Source: a virus (taxonomy: Duplodnaviria > Caudoviricetes). From it: a stretch of DNA of 52,937 nt. Positions within the stretch are counted from its first letter, which is position 1. Each line of letters opens with the position of its first letter. Made by a program: the position numbers and the translations under genes. Under the pieces are notes generated by a model that worked only from the letters and a program-made list of their open reading frames with translations, ran no database searches and was not told where the DNA came from. Positions 1 to 9,231 of the stretch are shown in pieces. Location: positions 1-52,937 of IMG/VR virus record IMGVR_UViG_3300025652_000098; one strand, written 5' to 3'.

Positions 1-166
1 CGTTAACAATAGTTGTTTTGCCGGTACCATTGCGGCTGCCATCTCCGCCAAGGTCAACATTGTTGCCCATAACCAGAGTTAGTCCGCTATCGGAGAATCT
101 TACGGCTTGGGTGATATTGCCACAACTCATAAAGTTCTTTATTGTTAGGTCTTTAATAATAATCAT
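1..166 (-). CDS. 46: Recombination endonuclease ATPase subunit (T4 gp46/SbcC/Rad50-like), N-terminal part only, runs off the window
   Basis: Manual translation from ATG at 166: MIIIKDLTIKNFMSCGNITQAVRFSDSGLTLVMGNNVDLGGDGSRNGTGKTTIVN, with the KNFxS motif and Walker A NGTGKTT. Lies downstream of gp47; ATGA overlap with the HNH stop. Confidence 0.92.
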   Translation of the reverse strand, partial: MIIIKDLTIKNFMSCGNITQAVRFSDSGLTLVMGNNVDLGGDGSRNGTGKTTIVN

Positions 167-990
167 TTGTCAAAGTTTCTCATAAGGTTTTCTTTCCAAG
201 GTAACATTCTTAGATTTTCTATTGATGATGCTTCGGCAATACTGATTCCCTTGCTGAAGCATTCGGTGACTGGCTTAATATGATCTAGTTGCCATCCATT
301 TTCTACTCCCATACGAGTTCTGGTGTGGTTGTCTGGATTGATGACATCTATATTATTATTATACACTATATTACTCATCTTGTAAACCATTTTCTTATAG
401 TCTTTATATTCATCTAGGTCATAATCGGAGGGATATCTTTCGCGGTATAGAACTGGACCTTGATCTTCGCCATATTTTTCTATATAGTATTCTACAGTAT
501 TTGTATACCGCTGTCTCTCGGCCATCTTAGTATACTTTTCTAGTCCAACCTCGTCTCCGAACCGTTCACAATAACCTACTAATGTGTTTCGGTCGGATCT
601 TTTCTGTTTTCCAGCATCCCAGATCCTCTTGCCTTCCACTTCGCCATGGCGCAATATATAGGTTTCTTCGTTCTGAATCGATAGTTTGTTTCTTTTTTCC
701 CATGCTGTATTGGCATTATCGCCATACAGTAGAATATAATGCTCTAATGAGTTTCTCACAACACTGCCAATGGCTGATAGGTTGTTGACATAATCATGGA
801 CACCATTCCGAATCATAAGCGGAATGGTGTCATTTATTGTTCTTATAGATAATGGTGATTTTGTTCTGTTGAATACATAGTCTCCGTGGTATTCAACTAG
901 TTGACGTAATCCTTCGTATTGATCCGGACTGACCGAATCAATCTTTTGTCGGATTGATTTTCTATTTAAGTATTCATCTATAATCTTCAT
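163..990 (-). CDS. Putative free-standing HNH homing endonuclease with (R/K)(H/F/Y)G repeats
   Basis: C-terminal WQLDHIKP...ENLRMLPWKENLMR fits the HNH fold. Internal repeats RHGEVEG/RFGDEVG/KYGEDQG. Separates the gp47 and gp46 subunit genes. Confidence 0.75.
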   Translation of the reverse strand: MKIIDEYLNRKSIRQKIDSVSPDQYEGLRQLVEYHGDYVFNRTKSPLSIRTINDTIPLMIRNGVHDYVNNLSAIGSVVRNSLEHYILLYGDNANTAWEKRNKLSIQNEETYILRHGEVEGKRIWDAGKQKRSDRNTLVGYCERFGDEVGLEKYTKMAERQRYTNTVEYYIEKYGEDQGPVLYRERYPSDYDLDEYKDYKKMVYKMSNIVYNNNIDVINPDNHTRTRMGVENGWQLDHIKPVTECFSKGISIAEASSIENLRMLPWKENLMRNFDK

Positions 991-1028
991 AAGTCACTTT
1001 CCCCAACAACACTGTCAGTCGGTAATGT

Positions 1029-1036
1029 TATTTATG
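1029..1036 (-). promoter_or_regulatory. T4-type late promoter (CATAAATA) for the HNH gene
   Basis: Reverse complement of tatttatg in the short intergenic gap, about 40 nt upstream of the HNH start. Confidence 0.5.
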
Positions 1037-1045
1037 CGTTAATAA

Positions 1046-2053
1046 TCATAATGTGTTATAAATGTCCACTAGTAGTTTCTTGTCAATCATTTCACTTTCA
1101 ACAGCATTCAGGCTATTGTATACAATCTGGTCTACATTCTCGACTTCAAAGTCATCCATGCTAACACCTTCTTGTGCGAGTTCGTCTTTTTTACTGGGCA
1201 TAAGTGTGATTTCACGCAGACTGTATTGCTCAGCAAATGTTTCTTTAATAAAGCTTGCCTCTTCGTATGTGATATTCACATCTAAAATAGCTCTACAATA
1301 TGTTTTATGATCCAAGATATTATCCGAATCGTCTATCAGTTGGCTTAAAGGAACAGTGCGATATCGTGGACCGTCATACGTAATATGCTGTGGTTCACCG
1401 CCCCATTCTAGTGTCATCATGCCGCGATCATCGTCCCAAGCATCCGCATAGTTGTGCGGAAAAGGCGATCCAAGATAATGGATGTTACCCTTGGTTTGGC
1501 GCTTGTGGAAGTGACCACTAAAAACATATTCAGGAGATGATAGGTGACTGGTGTTTAGTCCACCATGGTCTGGCATTTCGACCATGGCATTCATTTTAAA
1601 GTACGGGAGTTCAAAGTGGCCAAACATATACTGACATTTGATGTCCTGTAAAGCCTTCCATTCGTCGCCAACTAACCAAGGCACAAGAGCAACACCATCT
1701 TGTACGATAATATCCTCAATGAGTGTGACATTATCAAAAACATCAGCATATGGGAGACTGTTTAGTTCACGCTTTTCACGATAATATAGATCATGGTTGC
1801 CCATAATCATATAAACCTTTTCAAAGTTTTCACTTAGTTTCTTTACTGCCTTTACACTATGATTAAGAGTGCTGACATTGATGCCTGATCTATGGTGATG
1901 AAAATCACCTAGAAAAATACAGGTCTCACAGTCTTTGCTGTTTTCGATAAACCAATCAATAAAATCATTACAATCTTCATTGTATTGCTTGCTGTTGTTT
2001 TTCTGACCATAGTGTATGTCAGAAAAACACGCTGCTTTTTTAAAAAAACTCAT
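1046..2053 (-). CDS. 47: Recombination endonuclease nuclease subunit (T4 gp47/SbcD/Mre11-like metallophosphoesterase)
   Basis: Motifs SDIHYG, LGDFHH, GNHD, GHFE, SGHFHKR, YLGSP. Order gp55-gp47-gp46 as in T4-like phages. Confidence 0.93.
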   Translation of the reverse strand: MSFFKKAACFSDIHYGQKNNSKQYNEDCNDFIDWFIENSKDCETCIFLGDFHHHRSGINVSTLNHSVKAVKKLSENFEKVYMIMGNHDLYYREKRELNSLPYADVFDNVTLIEDIIVQDGVALVPWLVGDEWKALQDIKCQYMFGHFELPYFKMNAMVEMPDHGGLNTSHLSSPEYVFSGHFHKRQTKGNIHYLGSPFPHNYADAWDDDRGMMTLEWGGEPQHITYDGPRYRTVPLSQLIDDSDNILDHKTYCRAILDVNITYEEASFIKETFAEQYSLREITLMPSKKDELAQEGVSMDDFEVENVDQIVYNSLNAVESEMIDKKLLVDIYNTL

Positions 2054-2103
2054 TGTTATCCATTTTCGTTAGAGGAGTCGCACCACGTTATGGTACTATA
2101 TTC

Positions 2104-2132
2104 AATATACTACAAAAATATTAGGTTGTCAA
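2104..2132 (-). promoter_or_regulatory. sigma70-type (early) promoter for gp47
   Basis: TTGACA (2132-2127) - 17 nt - TATATT (2109-2104) in the intergenic region. Confidence 0.75.
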
Positions 2133-3011
2133 CTAGAAATTTGTTCCAGATTGCTCTTTACGCTCTTTTTCTATATTTTCGTCGTATTTTGCTTTTTCGC
2201 CAGGAGCCTGGTCAAACTGTCTGTTCCAACTTGGCGCTTGTCCTGATTCTTGTAAAAGGTCATCTCGAATATTCTGATTACGCTTTTCTAAGTTCAGTAC
2301 TCGTGTAAACGAATTTGTAACTGCCGCAGTGTAATACGCAAATGGATTCTGACTTTTAAGTTCGTTGAACTGTAATCCAATTTGGCTTAGTTGGAGAAGT
2401 GCTTGATTGCGCATCTCGTCTACATATGTATATCCACGCCAGTTAGAGCGCATACTATATCTTTCACAAAGTTTAATGTACATAGTAGCTAACTTGCTTG
2501 AAGTCTGGCCATGGTCGCAACTAAAGCCGCCATTATCAATTCCACCTTCCCAATGACTACGCACAACTTCCTTCATTTCACCACGTACTGTTGCGTACTG
2601 CTTGAATGGAGGAAAGTTACATTTAGCATGTAAATCAGCCGTAGTTTTTGGCTTGTTTTTTCTACCTGGTGCTTCTGGCACATGGTCAAAGGTCATTACA
2701 CGAAATATCAAGCTGTCAGGAGTAATATCTTCTGCTGTTACTCTTGTTTCTGCCTGTTTGGGCTTATCTTTAGCTTTTCTAGATCCAACATACCAAGCAT
2801 TATACGCTGCTTCATAGGCATCCGCACTTAACTGATATGCTCTGTTGACTCTTGCCTGTTCGATAATTTCAGGATCAAAAATATCTTCGTACACTTCTAC
2901 GATGATATCATAACGCTCGTGTTCTGAATCAAGTAAATAGCAATAGGACATTTTACTTTTGTGTATTTCTTCAAGCATGTCTTTATTATTGAGATAATTC
3001 TGTCTTTTCAT
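2133..3011 (-). CDS. 55: Late-transcription sigma factor (T4 gp55-like) with a large internal insertion
   Basis: NYLNNKDMLEEI N-terminus, SNWRGYTYVDEM and KSQNPFAYYTAAVTNSFTRVLNLEK are gp55 signatures. Directly upstream of gp47. Confidence 0.9.
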   Translation of the reverse strand: MKRQNYLNNKDMLEEIHKSKMSYCYLLDSEHERYDIIVEVYEDIFDPEIIEQARVNRAYQLSADAYEAAYNAWYVGSRKAKDKPKQAETRVTAEDITPDSLIFRVMTFDHVPEAPGRKNKPKTTADLHAKCNFPPFKQYATVRGEMKEVVRSHWEGGIDNGGFSCDHGQTSSKLATMYIKLCERYSMRSNWRGYTYVDEMRNQALLQLSQIGLQFNELKSQNPFAYYTAAVTNSFTRVLNLEKRNQNIRDDLLQESGQAPSWNRQFDQAPGEKAKYDENIEKERKEQSGTNF

Positions 3012-3035
3012 GATAATTCCTTATATGTTAACTAT

Positions 3036-3064
3036 ATTATAGCATACTCCTAGATTGCTGTCAA
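3036..3064 (-). promoter_or_regulatory. Perfect-consensus sigma70 promoter with extended -10 for gp55
   Basis: TTGACA (3064-3059) - 17 nt ending TGC - TATAAT (3041-3036). Confidence 0.85.
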
Positions 3065-3068
3065 GCAT

Positions 3069-3097
3069 TAAAACAGTGTTTAATATTGTAATAAATA
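3069..3097 (+). promoter_or_regulatory. Late promoter (ATAAATA) with upstream TAAAACAGTGTTTAA element, heading the baseplate operon
   Basis: ATAAATA at 3091-3097, followed by AAGGAG and a start at 3110/3116. Same layout at 8832-8860 and 23081-23109. Confidence 0.7.
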
Positions 3098-3109
3098 TAT
3101 ACAAGGAGA

Positions 3110-3697
3110 ATGCGAATGAGATATACACAGTTGACAGAGGCAGTGGCAGACGATATTATGGTTGCATATGGCGGGCGTTTTCAGCCTATGCACAGTGGTC
3201 ATCATCAAGTATATATGGATCTTGTTGACAAGTTTGGTAGTGATAACGTATTTATCGTCACCACAGTTAGCAAAACTGCCAGCCCTGAGAAGGATCCATT
3301 TGACTTCGCCGAGAAGAAAAAGATTATGACTGATATGTTTGGCATACCGGCTGATAAGATTTTGAACACTCAGCCATATAAACCAGATGTCAGAATGACA
3401 GGCAAGAATCCAGACAACACCGCGATACTATTGGTATTCAGCGAAAAAGATGCTGGACGATTGAAAACTGGTGGCTATCTAAAAATGTATCAGGAGAATG
3501 AGCCATTAATCACTAGTGATGACGCTGGTTACATTTATCCTGTACCTGTTAAGGACGACGGCCGCAGCGCTACTACATTTAGAAATGCGATGCGTATGGA
3601 TATTGATGACGCCAAAAAGCGTGAAGTATTTACAGATTTCTTTGGCAACTTTAATGAAGAAGTCTATAAATTTGTATTGGATAAAATAAATGGTTAA
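3110..3697 (+). CDS. HxGH-family nucleotidyltransferase (cytidylyltransferase/NMNAT-like fold)
   Basis: GGRFQPMHSGH signature, KDPFDFAEK and C-terminal SATTFR (SxTxxR). Confidence 0.8.
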   Translation: MRMRYTQLTEAVADDIMVAYGGRFQPMHSGHHQVYMDLVDKFGSDNVFIVTTVSKTASPEKDPFDFAEKKKIMTDMFGIPADKILNTQPYKPDVRMTGKNPDNTAILLVFSEKDAGRLKTGGYLKMYQENEPLITSDDAGYIYPVPVKDDGRSATTFRNAMRMDIDDAKKREVFTDFFGNFNEEVYKFVLDKING

Positions 3698-4262
3698 TGT
3701 ACCTAGCACTGATAACAGAGCACGCCTTGTTGCTCCTCGCAGTTATATTCCGGATTCACTCCGTCCAACAAACGGCTTGATATTTCCGTATACTCCGATG
3801 ATTTCATACAGCCAATCGGTAAGCTATAGTGGCTATGACATGGTTCACACCAATTATACGACACACGCTTACAGTAATACTCCGAGTCCTAGTATTAGTG
3901 TATCGGGACAGTTTACTACAACAACACAGGCAGAGCATGAATATACATTAGCGGCTATACAGTTTTTTCGTAATGTCACCAAGATGCGCTACGGAGAAAG
4001 TTCTGCGCCCGGAACACCACCGCCGGTATGTAGATTCTCTGGCATGGGAGATAAAATATTTAATAACGTTCCTGTACTAGTAGCAGACTTCGGCACGACA
4101 TTTGAGAACAGCGTTGATCTTATTACTCATGAGGGCCAAAGTCTGCCTGCCATGCTAACGCTCACTGTTACTCTGATGGTACATATTAATCCTGCTAAGC
4201 AAAAACAGTTTGATATTGATAAATTCGCAAGTGGCGAGTTATACAGCAAAGGCTTCATCTAA
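3690..4262 (+). CDS. Tail-tube-like baseplate protein (gp48/gp54-type tube initiator/cap)
   Basis: FPYTP...PPPVCRFSG..FNNVPV pattern typical of contractile-tail tube proteins. Sits directly before the LysM wedge and hub genes. Confidence 0.6.
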   Translation: MVNVPSTDNRARLVAPRSYIPDSLRPTNGLIFPYTPMISYSQSVSYSGYDMVHTNYTTHAYSNTPSPSISVSGQFTTTTQAEHEYTLAAIQFFRNVTKMRYGESSAPGTPPPVCRFSGMGDKIFNNVPVLVADFGTTFENSVDLITHEGQSLPAMLTLTVTLMVHINPAKQKQFDIDKFASGELYSKGFI

Positions 4263-4549
4263 TGACAACATACAGCAGTAATAGCAATTATTTTAATACT
4301 AAATTAAATTCTAAATATTTAGAGTTGTACAGTCCTGTATTATCAATCGACAATCTTAGCGCAAACACCAGAGAAGTTGAAATATCGGACAAATATGACA
4401 GGCGCCCCGATCTACTATCGCATGACTTGTATGGCACATCTGCAAAATGGTGGGTGCTGGTTCATTACAATAGAGATTTGCTAAAAGATCCTATCAACGA
4501 CTTTAGATCCGGAATGACTATAGTTGTTCCTAAAACACTCAGTATATAA
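4262..4549 (+). CDS. LysM-like baseplate wedge protein (gp53/P2 gpX-like)
   Basis: RPDLLSHDLYGTSAKWWVLVHYN...DP..DFRSGMTIVVP LysM-type motif. Confidence 0.8.
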   Translation: MTTYSSNSNYFNTKLNSKYLELYSPVLSIDNLSANTREVEISDKYDRRPDLLSHDLYGTSAKWWVLVHYNRDLLKDPINDFRSGMTIVVPKTLSI

Positions 4550-4563
4550 AGGTACATATCACA

Positions 4564-6591
4564 TTGTCGTATGAAGAAAATCTGCTTAACAAGTATAATA
4601 ATTATACATACAAATGGAAAATAATGATAGTTGATCCGCTGAATGACGGCGGCGGAACAAAATATGTATTGGCAGAATCTGGCGTAGATAATGAAGTAGG
4701 AATAAACTCGGTACAGCACGACTTCCATCTGGCATTCAATGCGGAAAATAGAAGCAATGCTGGATCTTATTTCCAAGTACAATTGATTGAGCCTAATGGG
4801 CTATCACTGTTTAGTAGAATTGCCTATATCGCATCACAATTGAGTATTGCTAATCACATTCACGCATTGTATATTCTTGAACTAAAACTTATAGGATGGT
4901 CAGACGATGATGATCCTAAACCAACTGAGATACATACACAGGAGTGGCTAACAAAGTGTTATGGTATTCAGCATAGTTTTGCTGATAACACTAGTCAGTA
5001 CACCATGACCATGATAGAAACAAAAGAGGGTGTATATGACCGAGTAGATTTTAACTTTCCTGTGGAGACATCGGTAGAGGCAAGCAATCTCGGAGAATTT
5101 GCCACGAAACTACAAACAGAAATCAACAAAGCAGCAAAGGTCAGAGCAGACCTTGACCCATCCTCCATCCTGCCGACGTTATTTAAATTTTCAGTACCAA
5201 CCGCGTGGAAAGATTGGCAGTTTTCTACTGTAATTAATGACGCCGATGGCAGTGGAAGACAAGTAAGTATCACTGGCTCTGGTAGTCTGAAATTTGTTTT
5301 TCCTGCCGGTACCGCTATCACAAACATGTTGGCAGAAGCATCATATGCGACAGAACAATTCAGAAAGATTCCGACTACGGTGGGTAAATTTGCGGGCAAG
5401 TCCATTGTGGTAGATGCTAAGGAGTTGGCTAATATAATAAATTGGATAAGTTTCGATGTTAATGTTAAATTTGTCAAATTCGACAGTCTGGCAAATCGTT
5501 ATCAGAGAGAATTAACCTTCAACATGATACCATATGCGACAACTCAGGCAATTATTGATAAGAATAGTCACAAGGAGTTAATCGATAGTAAAGATTTACA
5601 GAAAAAACGACTAGCACAAGCTCTTACCCTGGGATTATTAAAGAAGCGTTTTGACTATTATCTAACAGGACAAAACACAGAAGTTCTTGATTTGAGTATA
5701 CAGTTCAACAATGCCTATTATGTGCTTCAGCCCCTTCATAGTGGGATTACACAAGACCCGGCGAGTACATTAACAGAGAGTGGTGGGCCCGGAGATAACA
5801 TTCTGGAAAATCTGGCTCAACAAGTATCCACTCTGACTCAGAATATACAGGACCTAAGATTAAAAATTCCAGACAGTGCTGATCAGGCTATAAACCTAGG
5901 CAATCAGATACGCACATTAGTGTCAAACAAAACAGCACTAGAAACCCGAGTAAACAGTATAAATGACCTTGCTCAGGGTAATTCATCAAATTTAAATGGT
6001 GTTGGTCCACGTGATTCTGCGAGTGGCGAGCCAAAATACATAACACAACAGGATGTTATAGGCCTAGGACTAGATCCTACTAGTCATGTAACTTTTAACA
6101 ATTATTCGTTAAACAGCAATGGCCCAGAGAACAGTGGCTCTAACCAGGCGAGTCAATTTCAGGCGAGACTGGGTGCTCTTAAATTAAATCTAAACGGTAG
6201 CGGCGATATGCTATCTATAAATATATCTGTTAGGGGTGATCCTTACTGGCTAGCTAAAGCGGGAACATTCGATAACGGAGGTCCGTTATTCTTTCTTAAT
6301 GTGAATTTCCCTAGCTATTCCGCAGATGGCGATTATACAGCAACTACGAGCGAAGATTTGAATCTGGCTGGGTTATATAACGTCATCAAAGTAACATCTC
6401 AATATCAGAATGGACAATTTATAATGACATTACATGCTAATCGAAATTTACCAACAAACAGTGGGTTAATTTATGAACAGTTAGCCTTGGGACAGATTAC
6501 CGATTCACAGGCTGCTAACCAAGTAGAAGCACTAGACCTTAGACAAATCAGTCTAGCTTCTATAGCTTCGGACGCGAGTGGACCACGATGA
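4564..6591 (+). CDS. Baseplate hub protein (gp27-like), TTG start
   Basis: Position between the LysM wedge and gp5 genes. C-terminal ISVRGDPYWL and GLYNVIKVTSQYQNGQFIMTL fit hub proteins. Coiled-coil segment around aa 415-470. Confidence 0.6.
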   Translation: MSYEENLLNKYNNYTYKWKIMIVDPLNDGGGTKYVLAESGVDNEVGINSVQHDFHLAFNAENRSNAGSYFQVQLIEPNGLSLFSRIAYIASQLSIANHIHALYILELKLIGWSDDDDPKPTEIHTQEWLTKCYGIQHSFADNTSQYTMTMIETKEGVYDRVDFNFPVETSVEASNLGEFATKLQTEINKAAKVRADLDPSSILPTLFKFSVPTAWKDWQFSTVINDADGSGRQVSITGSGSLKFVFPAGTAITNMLAEASYATEQFRKIPTTVGKFAGKSIVVDAKELANIINWISFDVNVKFVKFDSLANRYQRELTFNMIPYATTQAIIDKNSHKELIDSKDLQKKRLAQALTLGLLKKRFDYYLTGQNTEVLDLSIQFNNAYYVLQPLHSGITQDPASTLTESGGPGDNILENLAQQVSTLTQNIQDLRLKIPDSADQAINLGNQIRTLVSNKTALETRVNSINDLAQGNSSNLNGVGPRDSASGEPKYITQQDVIGLGLDPTSHVTFNNYSLNSNGPENSGSNQASQFQARLGALKLNLNGSGDMLSINISVRGDPYWLAKAGTFDNGGPLFFLNVNFPSYSADGDYTATTSEDLNLAGLYNVIKVTSQYQNGQFIMTLHANRNLPTNSGLIYEQLALGQITDSQAANQVEALDLRQISLASIASDASGPR

Positions 6592-7877
6592 GCAATAGAG
6601 ATTCAGATAGACAGCACCGAGGACTTAATACTCCATCTGTGGGCATTCCCTCGGCGGAGTCTCCTGGCACTAATAATATGCAAGGCGTACATCTTGCGAG
6701 AGTGGTTGACATCGCTGATCCAGATTACAACAATAATATATGGGTTGAAATCATTGGTCAGCATCGCTTAGATAGCCAAGACACACAGGAAGATCGGCAC
6801 CGTTATAATAAAATAAGAACAATAAATCCATTAGGCGGCACTATAAATGGGTCAAACTATAGTTCTCCTTATGGAGCAAGTTTTCCTCCTCCTGCTCCTG
6901 GTACAGAAGTTTTGGTCGCCTTTGCTGCTAACCAACAGGAAGGCTTCCTAATAGGAGCATTAACTCCTGCTGGCAGAAATTCTAGTATCCCTGGTCTATC
7001 CGCAAATCCGGTCAAGGGCGAAGAAAACATCATTGCTCCTACGTTAGATAGTAGCGGATCAGAGGCACAGAAAAACAATGCCAAAGTCAGACATCCTAGT
7101 GCTGACGCAATCGCTCAGCAAGGTATCCCATTAGATCCAATCCGCGGCGTAGGCAGTAGTGGTGCTAGAAGAGAATCGCCAAGTAATGTATCTGGCTTCA
7201 ACTCACCCGCTGGTCATAGTTTTATTATGGATGACGGCACAGTAGAATACGCTGAGGATATCAATCACGTACCGGACCAATCCAGAGAAGCAGGCAAGAA
7301 TAATCTGGTCAGGCTGCGCAGCGCCGGCGGAGCTCAACTATTATTAAATGACAGTGCTGGAATCGTTTATATCATTAGTCAGAGCGGCAAAAGCTGGATG
7401 CAAATGGACGCGGAAGGCAACGTGGATGTATTTGCTGAAGGCAGTATAAGCTATCGAGCCGAAGATAGTATTAATTTTTATGCGGATGACAGCTTTAATA
7501 TCGAGGCAAGCACCGTCAATATCAAAGCAACAGGCGCAGATGGTGTCAAGGTTGAATCAAGTGCTGGTGGAATAGATTTGTTCAGTCAAAAAGAATTAAA
7601 ATTACACACTGAGGTAGACGGACATATAAGCGCACGAGGAAACTTGAACGTGACTACATCTGGAAACATAGAACTGAACAGTCCTGGATCTCGTGCCGCT
7701 GTGGCAGACAAGCCAACATCTGAGCCGATGCCTGTTAATAGAGTCGTCAAAGAAAGTATTAACGGAAGAGTTCCTGAGCATGAGCCATATGGCGGACATA
7801 TTACCAATGATTCAACTATTGCCGCTCAAGCACCAAGTACACTGACACCTACCCAAGATGATTATGATGTGTCGTAA
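6588..7877 (+). CDS. Baseplate central spike (gp5/VgrG-like OB fold plus beta-helix)
   Basis: ARVVDIADP, PPPAPGTEVLVAF OB-fold motif, GHSFIMDD, RLRSAGGAQLLLND, beta-helix repeats and the RVPEHEPYGGH tip motif. Confidence 0.8.
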   Translation: MSNRDSDRQHRGLNTPSVGIPSAESPGTNNMQGVHLARVVDIADPDYNNNIWVEIIGQHRLDSQDTQEDRHRYNKIRTINPLGGTINGSNYSSPYGASFPPPAPGTEVLVAFAANQQEGFLIGALTPAGRNSSIPGLSANPVKGEENIIAPTLDSSGSEAQKNNAKVRHPSADAIAQQGIPLDPIRGVGSSGARRESPSNVSGFNSPAGHSFIMDDGTVEYAEDINHVPDQSREAGKNNLVRLRSAGGAQLLLNDSAGIVYIISQSGKSWMQMDAEGNVDVFAEGSISYRAEDSINFYADDSFNIEASTVNIKATGADGVKVESSAGGIDLFSQKELKLHTEVDGHISARGNLNVTTSGNIELNSPGSRAAVADKPTSEPMPVNRVVKESINGRVPEHEPYGGHITNDSTIAAQAPSTLTPTQDDYDVS

Positions 7878-7888
7878 AGGTAATAAAA

Positions 7889-8833
7889 ATGGCAAAACTT
7901 AAAAAACAATTAACAACAGTAGCACAGCGATACAACACCGTGTGGGAAGACTTTACTGTGGCAGATGCGACCAAAACTGTACCAACAGATTTGAGTATTA
8001 TGTGGACATCAAGTGAGGTCGCTGATATCGCATTGAATTTTAAAAGATACACAGGATATAATAAAACTGCGTATGGAGTACCCACAGATACCGATAGAGG
8101 GATGACTGAACAAGAGTCATTTGATGTATGGATAGTTAAATTCAACACAACACAGGCAAAATTCAAGAAATTGATATCTTCACTAGGAATAAATTCAATA
8201 ACACAGTTGCCGCAATGCGTTTATGATGGATTGTATTTGTATTATTGGTTTACCGGTTCTCTTACCGAGAGTGTTGCGATTGAGGGAGTTTACGATTTCA
8301 AATCAGCAATACACGACAGCGACTGGGATACTGTTGCTAGTATGATTATTCGTAACTACGAATTCAAAGAACAAGCGATTGAGTGCGCCAAAATACTAAG
8401 ACTTGCGGTCTATACCAAAACAAAATCCAGAAGCTGGTTGCGCCAAATGGGCATATTCAAGTTACGTGATAAAAACGAACTGTTCAAGTTCGGAACATTC
8501 ACAACTGAGGAATTACAGCGTGCTAGATTTTCATACTATGCCGAAACACAGAAATTCTTGCCATATACACCAGAAGGCATTAAGAGAGATATTATTAATC
8601 GATATGCTGAGACACTAACAAATGAGTTAGTCACATTTGACGGAACAACAACTGTGTATACACTTCAAAAGGAACCAAGTATGTATCCGGTCGAGAAACT
8701 AGAGGTGTATGTAAATGGAACCAGAATTCAGCATTTATTCGACTTTACAGTTAGTGGCAACACACTAACATTGCTACATCCTGAGAAAATTACACTAGCG
8801 AACTCTGAATTGAAGTTTGTTATTAGAATATAA
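7889..8833 (+). CDS. Degenerate GH24 lysozyme-like protein with C-terminal virion beta-sandwich domain
   Basis: TAYG...GMTEQES...LPQCVYDGL resembles GH24 TIGYG..IT..EA..L.Q.QFDAL. C-terminal FDGTTTVYTL...VYVNG..Q..DFTVSGNTLT. Lies between gp5 and gp25. Confidence 0.5.
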   Translation: MAKLKKQLTTVAQRYNTVWEDFTVADATKTVPTDLSIMWTSSEVADIALNFKRYTGYNKTAYGVPTDTDRGMTEQESFDVWIVKFNTTQAKFKKLISSLGINSITQLPQCVYDGLYLYYWFTGSLTESVAIEGVYDFKSAIHDSDWDTVASMIIRNYEFKEQAIECAKILRLAVYTKTKSRSWLRQMGIFKLRDKNELFKFGTFTTEELQRARFSYYAETQKFLPYTPEGIKRDIINRYAETLTNELVTFDGTTTVYTLQKEPSMYPVEKLEVYVNGTRIQHLFDFTVSGNTLTLLHPEKITLANSELKFVIRI

Positions 8834-8860
8834 ACATAGTAGTTAAAACTTCTATAAATA
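8832..8860 (+). promoter_or_regulatory. Late promoter TATAAATA with upstream element
   Basis: Exact T4 late consensus at 8853-8860, preceded by AAACATAGTAGTTAA. Confidence 0.75.
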
Positions 8861-8865
8861 GTTAT

Positions 8866-9231
8866 ATGGCAAAGTATTATGGTTTTAGTAGTGTAAATAA
8901 AAGATCAGGCAGCACGGTTCTAGTTGATTCAGAACTTGCTAAACGTGACCTGTTGAATCATTTTTATACAAAGAAAGGTGAGCGTGTGATGAATCCAGCT
9001 TTTGGAAGCATCATATGGGATCTGTTATTTGACCCAATGGACGACTATACTCGTTCACTGGCGAAGGATGACGTTGAGCGCATCATCGGATTAGATCCAC
9101 GCTGGAGTATTAACGAAGTTTTTATTATCAGCGAGCGTGAACATTCTATAGAGGTAAGAGCTAATATAGTTTATGTATCGACTGGATCAGTGGAACAATT
9201 ATACTTAAATTTTGAGAGTGAGACAATCTAA
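8866..9231 (+). CDS. 25: Baseplate wedge subunit gp25
   Basis: DLLNHFYTKKGERVMNPAFGSIIWDLLFDP...DPR is the GPW/gp25 signature. Confidence 0.92.
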   Translation: MAKYYGFSSVNKRSGSTVLVDSELAKRDLLNHFYTKKGERVMNPAFGSIIWDLLFDPMDDYTRSLAKDDVERIIGLDPRWSINEVFIISEREHSIEVRANIVYVSTGSVEQLYLNFESETI

